A stretch of 64,000 bases of DNA from positions 1 through 64,000 of the forward strand of contig UYFQ01000287.1 of assembly GCA_900617105.1 (NCBI GenBank), given 5' to 3'. Below, one piece after another: positions 1-13,600 of this stretch (position 1 is its first letter; each line of letters starts with the position of its first letter). The notes under the pieces were generated by a model that saw only the letters and a program-made list of their open reading frames with translations, was not told the origin of the DNA and did not search any database. The DNA comes from Hydrurus foetidus. Its lineage: Eukaryota. Both the position numbers and the translations under genes were made by a program.

Positions 1-906
1 GCGTCACTGAGGCGAATTTCACCCTCAGAGCTTGCAAAAATCTGGTACCACATTCGTCGGATCCAATTTTCCAACAACTTAACGGTGTGTCTGCCAGTTC
101 CTAGCTGAGACGATAGGAAACGCTTTATATACCTTGATAGTCAGACTGAAATCTGAGTGAGACAAATACATACGATGCAACAATAGCGTGAGCCAAATCT
201 CCCTTGTACACGCGTCGCTTTCACTTTGTCGATAACAGACCCAATATTGCAGGAGCGAACACGCTTCCGTCCCATTTCCTATGGAGAGAGCATCGCAATG
301 CATGACGTGACATTTAGCAGACAAATCGAGCATCGACTCTGAAAGGGACTGCTATTTAGTATCGAGTTCTTCTTATCTCGTCCGTGATCGTTTTGGTGGC
401 ACTTATTGATACTCAGATGGCATTGATAATTGGGGGCATCTCCGCTTACCCCGCCTTTCCTTCACGTTAATCGGGGAAGGATGAAAGTCTACGACCTTAA
501 ATTCCTCTGTACGGGAGGGCGGTCTGGTTCAGATCTGTTATCCTCAATCAAATCCATATCCTCATATGCATCAAAATATTTTCCATAGTCCACTGAAATT
601 AAACGTTTCCGTTTTCATCCACCCTGAAATTACAGATGAATAAGGATCACACAAGATATGTTGGGGTAGAGAAATCGTGAAACGAATCATAAAAATCATT
701 CTCTCATCACTCCCTATTTGTTCGCTCAAGAAACATATCGAGTGGTCATAACTGTTCTTTCAGTTATTCCTTGGCATCTGATCCAAGGAGAACCCTTGTT
801 TGACTCCGGAAATTCTGGGTTTTTATGTTCTACTTCAAGTTTGGAGTTTTACTTCGTTAGGGCTTCTTTCTCTTTTTTTTCACAAAAAAATTTCAAAGAC
901 TTCTTC

Positions 907-1000
907 GGGTTTAGGGTTTAGGGTTTAGGGTTTAGGGTTTTGGGTTTGGGGTTTAGGGTTTGGGGTTTGGGGTTTAGGGTTTAGGGTTTGGGGTTTGGGG
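907..1000 (+). repeat. Interstitial telomere-type repeat (TTTAGGG with TTTTGGG/TTTGGGG variants)
   Basis: About 13 tandem heptamers read directly, flanked by unique sequence on both sides. Confidence 0.9.
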
Positions 1001-1182
1001 CTCAGGGGGGAGCAGACGAAAGACGAAACTATCCGGTGAAAGATGTTCAGAGCGAAGAGTGGGGTAGAAGATAGAGGAATTTAAAAAACAAGGAAGGAGT
1101 TGATTAGAAAGTTGCCTGGATCACCAATTTCTACAGGAGCTGCGGTTTGTCGAAAGCTCCGAGTGCCTCTGGATGAACTGTC

Positions 1183-1659
1183 ATGGTCGGATGTGAAGAT
1201 GAGGATCTTCTCTCAATTGAAGCAAATCGCACTGCCAAGTCATGTGATGACACATTTCGAAACTACGAAACCATCAGTCCAGCCGTCAATATCACAACTT
1301 TATCCTCTCCGATTATGGCAGATAGTGATACAGAACTTCAGATAATTTCGCACTCGATCGCGTTGGTGGAATCTGCTGACGATGACCGGACAGGGTCCCT
1401 ACAACGGGGAATGAAAAGAGCTAGGAATGAGGTTCTTAACGATGATGTCACTATCGCACAATCTAGAATCATCAGGTCAAGAAGAAATGCGATGACACCA
1501 AATGGTGCGCACGCGGAAATTGCTAGGGACGTCGGTATTCTTCTTCAGATGGAAACTGTATGTTTCGAGCCATCTCTTTCTCCCGCATTTACGTTAGATG
1601 GTAGCAGCTCCGATGACGTAGACGATGCGCAATCTGAATCGCCACTTGATTTCGCGTAA
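1183..1659 (+). CDS. Hypothetical protein (158 aa, acidic/low complexity)
   Basis: ATG-initiated ORF only; no recognisable domain. Confidence 0.25.
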   Translation: MVGCEDEDLLSIEANRTAKSCDDTFRNYETISPAVNITTLSSPIMADSDTELQIISHSIALVESADDDRTGSLQRGMKRARNEVLNDDVTIAQSRIIRSRRNAMTPNGAHAEIARDVGILLQMETVCFEPSLSPAFTLDGSSSDDVDDAQSESPLDFA

Positions 1660-1988
1660 TTTAGTGCGCATCAATTGATTTTCATGCGCTCTTATCGATG
1701 AAAGATGGGTTTTTCAGATGCGATATCGAGATGGCAGGAGGAATTGAAAATCACTGGCCCCTGTCCATTGCGGCACAGCATTTAGCTGCCATCCATCTTC
1801 TGCCTGAATTTAACGCACACGCGGATATCCGTTGTGTATGTGATCACCTAAAAGTGTGTTTGTCATAACTGCAAAGGATACTTATCATGCATAAATAATC
1901 AACGTCATCGCGTGGAATCAATATTCACGCTTTCCACAACGCTGCAAAATATTATTATTTTAAATAAAGTGACTCAAAATCCATCAGA

Positions 1989-4231
1989 CTATGAGACGAC
2001 GGCATCAGCTAGCAAGTCGTGGGCAATGCAGACGCCATCACCTGAGGGGGAAAGGGAAAGGTATCACAGATAAAACATGGGTATTACGGGTTCGCTACAG
2101 AGATTATAGATTATACTGCCTACAGATTCCACAAAACTGCTGACAGACTTCAAAAAAGTCCAAAATAAATGACTGAGAGAGGAAATAGGCGAGTAGATAT
2201 TGGCCACTTACCGACAGTGAATGCACAGGCAGCCCAGTGCGCCACACCTGATGAGTCTGTCCGCAACTACGAAAGAGCAAAAAGATAGTCATACACACAA
2301 ATTAGTAGACGAATAGGATAAAATGCAATACCAAGTTCAAAATGATTAATGGGCCTCCAAGAAAAATACTTGGCATCTCAATTGTATTCATAATCTTCGA
2401 AAAATACATCTTATCGAATGAATATGAAAAATGGTGAATTCAAATAGATGAGATTGTGTATGAAAGTCGAAAATAAGTTGAGTACCTGAGGAGCCAATTT
2501 CTCTAAGATTTTCTTTTTCGCCATTTGAGCCGATGATGCCGGCTCACCCGTGAACCCCGGGAAAGTAATTCTGTCCCCTGCTGATGCTGTGGAGGGCGCT
2601 TCTAGAAGCTTTATGTGTGTGTGGTCCGCACTCACTGCACACAGAACCATCCCCTGGGGTGCAGGATACAGTGTATACATTGGGTTGATGAGAACTAATT
2701 CATCGGTATAGTAGAGATCAACTTACACCATTGATAAGATGAGGAATGGGTGACTGGAGGATTGGGTGGATAGAGTCAGGAGAATCAGTGCGGTATGGTA
2801 GACTACTCAGCAGGTGTATCGGTGTATCTACGATGGATAGAGATTTCGACATTACGTGTTGCTGCACTACAATTGTGAAAGAGAATAGTATGAAATAGTA
2901 ATAGACATAGGAGTGGTGCCTAAGATGATGTAGCAGTGCTTCAGCGCTTGATAGTATGCGTTCAAGGTCAAAGAAGAAAATGTGCCCCAACTTTCACTCC
3001 CACCTGCGATTTAAACCCTGCTAAGTTTCTGTCCTTGAGGTTGGCAAGCACACACACTTTTCTGTTGACAAGATCCTCGGCTGCGTAGTGCGGTCTGATC
3101 CCGGATGCAATGGTCCGTGCAACACTTTCTCCCACGTCGATCTCTTCACATAGCACTGTGACGGTGACAGCGGAGAAAATTAATAAGGAAAGCGTTTACA
3201 TTTCTATGGGGATTGACAGCAGTAAAGTTCACACTCATGGTTGCAGAAATAGTCGTCGCACAATCAGTGAAGAAGTTGCATGTGCCGGAGAGTGTCAGGA
3301 CAGAAGCTGAGTAGATACAACAAAGCCATGCGACCAAACAATGACAGTTACGTTGATCTATTAAAGACAATGTGAAAAAAACACGTCAAATCATCTGCGG
3401 CGTTTAGGCAGCTTCTATCTGTGTTGTTTCAGAGGTGAGTCATTCATGGAACACCAAATTAATTCTGCATGAAGTGGGGCACTTACATTTGTCAGAGTCG
3501 GGATGGTTCCAACACTTCACAACTACTCCAACGCGAATGTCTAGTTTTGAAGGATCCAATTCATCAACACCCTCAGCGACGGCAACAGCATCAGATGGTG
3601 CTTTTGATTCAGATACTGTATCTTTCTTTTTCTCTTTCTTCTTAATTGCTACTGCTGCTGCAGGCACATCGACTGTCTTATCAGTAGCGACAACTTTCGG
3701 CTCATCAATAGCAACAAATTTAACGTCATTGTTTGGGAGTGATGCAGCTTTCTGCGCAAGAGGAGTTTTCTTTTGACCGCTAGGTAAGCAAATGAAATGG
3801 CTCTCCTCACTCCCAAATTTAAGGGTATCAAAGCCATCTAACGGACAGATGCTCTGCATATGATTGTACCACCGTGACAACTCGCGAAAATTTCTGACGG
3901 ATGCAGTACATTTTCCTCTGATCGCTTCATATACGGCGGCATCGGCCACTGTGAAAGTATAGCCAACAAGGTAAGATCTCATGAAAAGCGCACTTTCAAT
4001 AGTTGGAAGATCTTCAGCACTCAGATTTTGAGATGTTGTCAACCATCGATTAACTTCCGCCAAAACCTCTGGTGAATTCACATCACCAAGTAGATGTGGT
4101 CTTTTTGAGTTGCGGAGTATGTCGACAATGACAGCGTTATCATCCGTGGATGAGAGTTCATCGTAACTTAACAAGCCAGCGCATGCAAGGATACGAGTTG
4201 CTCTCGCGGACAACACCCGCTGTGATGACAT
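1989..4231 (-). CDS. Arc1p/AIMP1-like aminoacyl-tRNA synthetase cofactor (GST-C-like domain + OB-fold tRNA-binding domain)
   Basis: Five GT-AG exons (4231-3487, 3155-3004, 2653-2486, 2266-2212, 2041-1989) join in frame. Motifs: RSYLVGYTFTVADAAVY..RWYNHMQ; LDIRVGVVVKCWNHPDSDKLLCEEIDVGE..RTIASGI..VLANLK..SQGMVLCA. Confidence 0.85.
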
Positions 4232-4538
4232 CTTCTCCTGAGGACAACCAGCCGCAGAAACGATCCCTGAGTGCAAAACTGCTGGAGACCGCGCAGTGAG
4301 TTCGTTGGTTGTTGAATGTGTACTCTCGAACCAAGGCTCGAACTCCATTTGATCTGGTCAAATCATAAAAAGTCTACATTTCATCGAATTTAGTATTTCA
4401 TTAAGATCCTTGTTCTCGTTTCTCGTTTGCGATCTTCCATCTTCCATCCCACATCCATCGCAGAGGAGATGGCTCCCCGCTTCAACAACATATCCAGCGG
4501 ATTGAAAGTGCAAGGTCGACGTAATCGAGATCGGAAGT

Positions 4539-5995
4539 ATGAGACCAATTATGGGTCTCGCAGTGTGTGTGGCAGGGATAACGAACTGCTTGGGTTGGAT
4601 GCCAGCATCGCGTCCGCTGATGACAAATTTCTATCAGAAATCAACAAGCCAGATAAGGGCATCAACGTCCTTGATGATGAGCGATATCACCCCTGTAGAT
4701 ACTCCTGCTATTGGTTACATGAAGTCTGAAGAAATCGTCTTTACAGATGATATGACTGATGAGTGGGAACTCGACTGCTACTCTCGTCCTGTAATGGGCA
4801 GCGACGGAAAGAAACTGTGGGAAATTCTGATTACTGATAGTGAAGGCAGCTTTAGATACTTAAAGACCATTCCAAGCAACTTAGTAAACTCCCGTAATTT
4901 ACGGAATGCTGTAGAGGAAATAATGGAGCAGGCGCCGGTCAGGCCGAAGATGATCAGATTTTTCAGAAATCAGATGTTCAATATGATTACTATTGCATTG
5001 TCTACATTGGAGGTTGAAGTGAAGCCTAGTAGAAGGACTCATAATTTATTTTCGTGGCTCACTGAGAGAGAAAAGTATATCTACCCTAAGATGCCAGGAT
5101 ACAACGCTCAGTTGAAGCAACAGACTATTCTAGATTACGATGTATCTCAACCAGGTGACTAGACAACAAACGATTATCGAAATTTATTGCTAAATTACTT
5201 ATATCGTTTCTTGTAACCCAGTATAGATGTGACTCTTATTCTTTGGGAGTTCGTGGCAGCAAGTGTACTACTGTCTACATTCAACTGACGGAATGTTATC
5301 GTCATGTTTTTCTACATATTTTCCTCGTCCTAGATCGCCTTCCTGATGTACTTAAGGCTGAGAGTTACGCATTTGTTGCGTTGCCTGCTGAAGCCTTCTG
5401 GGACGGCCAAGTGAATAGCGAGAACATCAAGAGGGGTCGGCTGTGTCCTATCCGTGATCTTCCCAAGACAGGGTGGATCCACGGCATCACTCTCTTCTCG
5501 AAGGTCTGTAAAAGCAAGTAGTAACAACGAAAGACTTGACTTCATTTGCTGGTCACTTACTAATCATCCTTTATTTTCTCCACTCATGAAGAGATCGGAA
5601 TCGATAGCAGCATGGATGAACGGACTCGAGATTGCGTACCTACGAGCGGACTTGCTTTCAAGAGAGTTGATGATGAACACTGACATCAGCACACAATTTA
5701 TAGTGGCCCCATTGATGGATGCCCAGAAGAGAGAAGGTGATGATCGGTGTTGTTTTGACAATACGACATGTGTGTGCCTTGGTAGCGTTAACATCACATT
5801 TCTGTGGACTTCATCAGCACCATCCACACAGGTGCCGTCATATCTAACACCCATAGTACATTTCTTGCAGCTCAAATATTCGAGAAGGGAAAGACTGCGT
5901 CAGCTGGTTATCACTTCTTGTCTGTCCAGGCGACACCAGAGTCAGACGAAGTCGAGGGGTTTTGGCTCATCAGGCAGTTTGACAGCGACCTGTAA
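4539..5995 (+). CDS. TAB2: Tab2/Atab2-family plastid RNA-binding protein with bipartite targeting peptide
   Basis: Exons 4539-5154, 5334-5503, 5592-5736, 5871-5995. Motifs: WELDCYSRPV..GKKLWEILITD, IRFFRNQMFNMI, GYHFLSVQATPESDEVEGFWL. Hydrophobic N-terminus followed by LG-WMP (ASAFAP-like). Confidence 0.85.
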
Positions 5996-6360
5996 CTTTC
6001 GTTGATGTGAAGAGGGCCGCCGACGGAACTTAACTTTAACTTGCCATTTCCGTATTTTCCAAAGCAGTACGAAATGAATGCCAACTCTGAGTTGCAGACC
6101 GTGTATGATAATAATTTCGCCTTCTTCGAGTTGAAACGGCGAAGACATTGGTGTCTACACGACGTATCAACCAAAAAAGTTGAGGTCGTGACCAAGAGTC
6201 GAGTTACTAATACTATCTTTCATAAGATATCTGGGATGCCTTAATTTACTGATGAACAAAATAACTGAGTAATGAATATCTAACTGCGTCAGACATCACG
6301 CAACAATGAAGCCCCGCACAAGATTGTTGCGACTGAGGAGTCGCAGTGTCCGAGGAAAGT

Positions 6361-7094
6361 CTACTTACCATGTTTCAACTCGTCCTCAAATCTGATTAGA
6401 TCCAGAACGAATCGGTCGTTGGGCCATGTTGGGTCCCATACATGTTTGATCATCTTTGTGGCGTCAAGGGCAGATAAGGAACGCGTTTCCATCAGATAAG
6501 CGATGATTAGAACAACAGATCTGGAGAGTGATGCCATGCAGTGCACTAAGACGCTCTTGCCAGAGCCGATCGCTGCCCCAATCCGAGAGTTGACCAACTT
6601 GAAATGCGCGTGCGAATCCCCTGCGCATGTGTGGCTTTCGCCCTCTTTCGGGTCGTCTAGGAGAAAAATTTGAAGGACGTCGATGTCCGGGCCGTAGAAT
6701 CCCTGGTAAGTTGGACATTGGTCGTTGACACAACCAGAGTTGACTACAAGAGCCATAGGAGGATCTATTTCAGTCAGCTTTGTGAAGGCATCAACTTCTT
6801 TAATGTCGTTAAAATGCGCTGTCCATAAACCAGGTACAATTTGTGTGAGCTTTGCACCATGAGTTCCAGCGATTCGCGTGTAGCCTGTAATCTGGCGGAT
6901 CTCGTGAAACTTTCGTTCGATCTCCTCCTATTTCAACGGATTTTAGTGTTACTAATGCCACTCACGAAATTGCAGAAAGTGCCACTGACAAAGTAATAAC
7001 GAATGTTGGTGACAATGTGTTCAGACATGGTTACCTCAGCAGGGCTAAATTGGGGAGGAGGTACTGGAAGGAAAGCTGGATGAGGATGAGACAT
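6361..7094 (-). CDS. Dual-specificity protein phosphatase
   Basis: Exons 7094-7035 and 6927-6361 (a further 3' exon is possible). CX5R motif VLVHCMASLSRS followed by IAYLM and PNDRF. Confidence 0.8.
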
Positions 7095-7624
7095 GATAAA
7101 TGTGGAGAAGCGGAAGTCTCTTCACTGAGTTGTCAGCTTGATTTGTGTTGCGCACACAACACACAACTCCCTGTAGTGGTACCCGGTGACAACGGTGATG
7201 TGATACGAACAAATTATATCTGGCGCTCGGTAGGCTGTGGCGAACACTGCCTATCCTGCCTGGGGCAGGATTTGACTGTGTCCCAGAATCCCAGGCAGGC
7301 TGGACCTAAATAGCCTTAATATTACAGGTAATATTGAGTTTAACAGCCCGAAAGATATTGCATATTAATCCTTGGATCAAGCTGAGTCCAAAAAGCCCAT
7401 AAAAATGTGACATCAGAATATCAGATGTTGATTTCATAAAATCAGATGGTAATTGTGTTTGGTCACTCAAGTTGTCGATGCTGAGACCGATATCTCCAGA
7501 TCCAATCTAGCTCAAGGCGCGGCACAACTAGCACCCCCATTACATCATGATAGTGTGAGGCAAAAAACAATGCAATCAAACATAAATAAAGTGTCATTAT
7601 GTTACGTACACCTCATTAAGACTA

Positions 7625-10600
7625 AAATAGCAGTTTTATGTACCTGCGAGGCTGTATAACTGACGAACCACGTCGAGTTATCATGAGCTACATTGCAGGT
7701 ATTGCTTGTACATATGTGGACTACACGATACAAGCTGTTAATGATATTTAACATGATAGGTAGAAGTTATTTTCAACATATACACCATATTTTGACGTAA
7801 ATAGCAGTTTTATGTACCTGCGAGGTTGTATAACTGACGAACCACGTCGAGTTATCATGAGCTACATTGCAGGTATTGCTTGTACATATGTGGACTACAC
7901 GATACAAGCTGTTAATGATATTTAACATGATAGGTAGAAGTTATTTTCAACATATACACCATATTTTGACTTAAATAGCAGTTTTATGTACCTGCGAGGT
8001 TGTATAACTGACGAACCACGTCGAGTTATCATGAGCTACATTGCAGGTATTGCTTGTACATATGTGGACTACACGATACAAGCTGTTAATGATATTTAAC
8101 ATGATAGGTAGAAGTTATTTTCAACATATACACCATATTTTGACTTAAATAGCAGTTTTATGTACCTGCGAGGTTGTATAACTGACGAACCACGTCGAGT
8201 TATCATGAGCTACATTGCAGGTATTGCTTGTACATATGTGGACTACACGATACAAGCTGTTAATGATATTTAACATGATAGGTAGAAGTTATTTTCAACA
8301 TATACACCATATTTTGACTTAAATAGCAGTTTTATGTACCTGCGAGGCTGTATAACTGACGAACCACGTCGAGTTATCATGAGCTACATTGCAGGTATTG
8401 CTTGTACATATGTGGACTACACGATACAAGCTGTTAATGATATTTAACATGATAGGTAGAAGTTATTTTCAACATATACACCATATTTTGACTTAAATAG
8501 CAGTTTTATGTACCTGCGAGGTTGTATAACTGATGAACCACGTCGAGTTATCATGAGCTACATTGCAGGTATTGCTTGTACATATGTGGACTACACGATA
8601 CAAGCTGTTAATGATATTTAACATGATAGGTAGAAGTTATTTTCAACATATACACCATATTTTGACTTAAATAGCAGTTTTATGTACCTGCGAGGCTGTA
8701 TAACTGACGAACCACGTCGAGTTATCATGAGCTACATTGCAGGTATTGCTTGTACATATGTGGACTACACGATACAAGCTGTTAATGATATTTAACATGA
8801 TAGGTAGAAGTTATTTTCAACATATACACCATATTTTGACTTAAATAGCAGTTTTATGTACCTGCGAGGTTGTATAACTGACGAACCACGTCGAGTTATC
8901 ATGAGCTACATTGCAGGTATTGCTTGTACATATGTGGACTACACGATACAAGCTGTTAATGATATTTAACATGATAGGTAGAAGTTATTTTCAACATATA
9001 CACCATATTTTGACTTAAATAGCAGTTTTATGTACCTGCGAGGCTGTATAACTGACGAACCACGTCGAGTTATCATGAGCTACATTGCAGGTATTGCTTG
9101 TACATATGTGGACTACACGATACAAGCTGTTAATGATATTTAACATGATAGGTAGAAGTTATTTTCAACATATACACCATATTTTGACTTAAATAGCAGT
9201 TTTATGTACCTGCGAGGTTGTATAACTGACGAACCACGTCGAGTTATCATGAGCTACATTGCAGGTATTGCTTGTACATATGTGGACTACACGATACAAG
9301 CTGTTAATGATATTTAACATGATAGGTAGAAGTTATTTTCAACATATACACCATATTTTGACTTAAATAGCAGTTTTATGTACCTGCGAGGTTGTATAAC
9401 TGACGAACCACGTCGAGTTATCATGAGCTACATTGCAGGTATTGCTTGTACATATGTGGACTACACGATACAAGCTGTTAATGATATTTAACATGATAGG
9501 TAGAAGTTATTTTCAACATATACACCATATTTTGACTTAAATAGCAGTTTTATGTACCTGCGAGGTTGTATAACTGACGAACCACGTCGAGTTATCATGA
9601 GCTACATTGCAGGTATTGCTTGTACATATGTGGACTACACGATACAAGCTGTTAATGATATTTAACATGATAGGTAGAAGTTATTTTCAACATATACACC
9701 ATATTTTGACTTAAATAGCAGTTTTATGTACCTGCGAGGTTGTATAACTAACTAACCACGTGAGTTATCATGAGCTACATTGCAAATATTGTTTGTACAT
9801 ATGTGGAGTACACGATACAAGCTCTTAATCATATTTAACATGATCGGTAGAAGTTATTTTCAACATATACACCATATTTTGACTTAAATAGCAGTTTTAT
9901 GTACCTGCGAGGTTGTATAACTAACTAACTACGTGAGATATCATGAGCTACATTGCAAATATTGCTTGTACATATGTGGAGTATACGATACAAGCTGTTA
10001 ATGATATTTAACATGATCGGTAGAAGTTATTTTCAACATATACACCATATTTTGACTTAAATAGCAGTTTTATGTACCTGCGAGGTTGTATAACTAACTA
10101 ACCACGTGAGTTATCATGAGCTACATTGCAAATATTGTTTGTACATATGTGGAGTACACGATACAAGCTGTTAATGATATTTAACATGATCGGTAGAAGT
10201 TATTTTCAACATATACACCATATTTTGACTTAAATAGCAGTTTTGTGTACCTGCGAGGTTGTATAACTAACTAACTACGTGTAGATATGATGAGCTACAT
10301 TGCAAATATTGTTTGTACATATGTGGAGTACACGATACAAGCTGTTAATGATATTTAACATGATCGGTAGAAGTTATTTTCAACATATACACCATATTTT
10401 GACTTAAATAGCAGTTTTATGTACCTGCGAGGTTGTATAACTAACTAACTACGTGTAGATATGATGAGCTACATTGCAAATATTGTTTGTACATATGTGG
10501 AGTATACGATACAAGCTCTTAATCATACTTAACATGATCGGTAGAAGTTATTTACAACATATACACCATATTACGACTTAAATAGGAGTTTTGTGTACCT

Positions 10601-13600
10601 GCGAGGTTGTATAACTAACTAACTACGTGTAGATATGATGAGCTACATTGCAAATATTGTTTGTACATATGTGGAGTATACGATACAAGCTCTTAATCAT
10701 ACTTAACATGATCGGTAGAAGTTATTTACAACATATACACCATATTACGACTTAAATAGGAGTTTTGTGTACCTGCGAGGTTGTATAACTAACTAACTAC
10801 GTGTAGATATGATGAGCTACATTGCAAATATTGTTTGTACATATGTGGAGTATACGATACAAGCTCTTAATCATACTTAACATGATCGGTAGAAGTTATT
10901 TACAACATATACACCATATTACGACTTAAATAGGAGTTTTGTGTACCTGCGAGGTTGTATAACTAACTAACTACGTGTAGATATGATGAGCTACATTGCA
11001 AATATTGTTTGTACATATGTGGAGTATACGATACAAGCTCTTAATCATATTTAACATGATCGGTAGAAGTTATTTACAACATATACACCATATTACGACT
11101 TAAATAGGAGTTTTGTGTACCTGCGAGGTTGTATAACTAACTAACTACGTGTAGATATGATGAGCTACATTGCAAATATTGTTTGTACATATGTGGAGTA
11201 TACGATACAAGCTCTTAATCATACTTAACATGATCGGTAGAAGTTATTTACAACATATACACCATATTACGACTTAAATAGGAGTTTTGTGTACCTGCGA
11301 GGTTGTATAACTAACTAACTACGTGTAGATATGATGAGCTACATTGCAAATATTGTTTGTACATATGTGGAGTATACGATACAAGCTCTTAATCATACTT
11401 AACATGATCGGTAGAAGTTATTTACAACATATACACCATATTACGACTTAAATAGGAGTTTTGTGTACCTGCGAGGTTGTATAACTAACTAACTACGTGT
11501 AGATATGATGAGCTACATTGCAAATATTGTTTGTACATATGTGGAGTATACGATACAAGCTCTTAATCATACTTAACATGATCGGTAGAAGTTATTTACA
11601 ACATATACACCATATTACGACTTAAATAGGAGTTTTGTGTACCTGCGAGGTTGTATAACTAACTAACTACGTGTAGATATGATGAGCTACATTGCAAATA
11701 TTGTTTGTACATATGTGGAGTATACGATACAAGCTCTTAATCATACTTAACATGATCGGTAGAAGTTATTTACAACATATACACCATATTACGACTTAAA
11801 TAGGAGTTTTGTGTACCTGCGAGGTTGTATAACTAACTAACTACGTGTAGATATGATGAGCTACATTGCAAATATTGTTTGTACATATGTGGAGTATACG
11901 ATACAAGCTCTTAATCATACTTAACATGATCGGTAGAAGTTATTTACAACATATACACCATATTACGACTTAAATAGGAGTTTTGTGTACCTGCGAGGTT
12001 GTATAACTAACTAACTACGTGTAGATATGATGAGCTACATTGCAAATATTGTTTGTACATATGTGGAGTATACGATACAAGCTCTTAATCATACTTAACA
12101 TGATCGGTAGAAGTTATTTACAACATATACACCATATTACGACTTAAATAGGAGTTTTGTGTACCTGCGAGGTTGTATAACTAACTAACTACGTGTAGAT
12201 ATGATGAGCTACATTGCAAATATTGTTTGTACATATGTGGAGTATACGATACAAGCTCTTAATCATACTTAACATGATCGGTAGAAGTTATTTACAACAT
12301 ATACACCATATTACGACTTAAATAGGAGTTTTGTGTACCTGCGAGGTTGTATAACTAACTAACTACGTGTAGATATGATGAGCTACATTGCAAATATTGT
12401 TTGTACATATGTGGAGTATACGATACAAGCTCTTAATCATACTTAACATGATCGGTAGAAGTTATTTACAACATATACACCATATTACGACTTAAATAGG
12501 AGTTTTGTGTACCTGCGAGGTTGTATAACTAACTAACTACGTGTAGATATGATGAGCTACATTGCAAATATTGTTTGTACATATGTGGAGTATACGATAC
12601 AAGCTCTTAATCATACTTAACATGATCGGTAGAAGTTATTTACAACATATACACCATATTACGACTTAAATAGGAGTTTTGTGTACCTGCGAGGTTGTAT
12701 AACTAACTAACTACGTGTAGATATGATGAGCTACATTGCAAATATTGTTTGTACATATGTGGAGTATACGATACAAGCTCTTAATCATACTTAACATGAT
12801 CGGTAGAAGTTATTTACAACATATACACCATATTACGACTTAAATAGGAGTTTTGTGTACCTGCGAGGTTGTATAACTAACTAACTACGTGTAGATATGA
12901 TGAGCTACATTGCAAATATTGTTTGTACATATGTGGAGTATACGATACAAGCTCTTAATCATACTTAACATGATCGGTAGAAGTTATTTACAACATATAC
13001 ACCATATTACGACTTAAATAGGAGTTTTGTGTACCTGCGAGGTTGTATAACTAACTAACTACGTGTAGATATGATGAGCTACATTGCAAATATTGTTTGT
13101 ACATATGTGGAGTATACGATACAAGCTCTTAATCATACTTAACATGATCGGTAGAAGTTATTTACAACATATACACCATATTACGACTTAAATAGGAGTT
13201 TTGTGTACCTGCGAGGTTGTATAACTAACTAACTACGTGTAGATATGATGAGCTACATTGCAAATATTGTTTGTACATATGTGGAGTATACGATACAAGC
13301 TCTTAATCATACTTAACATGATCGGTAGAAGTTATTTACAACATATACACCATATTACGACTTAAATAGGAGTTTTGTGTACCTGCGAGGTTGTATAACT
13401 AACTAACTACGTGTAGATATGATGAGCTACATTGCAAATATTGTTTGTACATATGTGGAGTATACGATACAAGCTCTTAATCATACTTAACATGATCGGT
13501 AGAAGTTATTTACAACATATACACCATATTACGACTTAAATAGGAGTTTTGTGTACCTGCGAGGTTGTATAACTAACTAACTACGTGTAGATATGATGAG

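Noticed and set aside
1..600. Possible decayed coding sequence on the minus strand
   Set aside because: Multiple stops and no motif I can assign.
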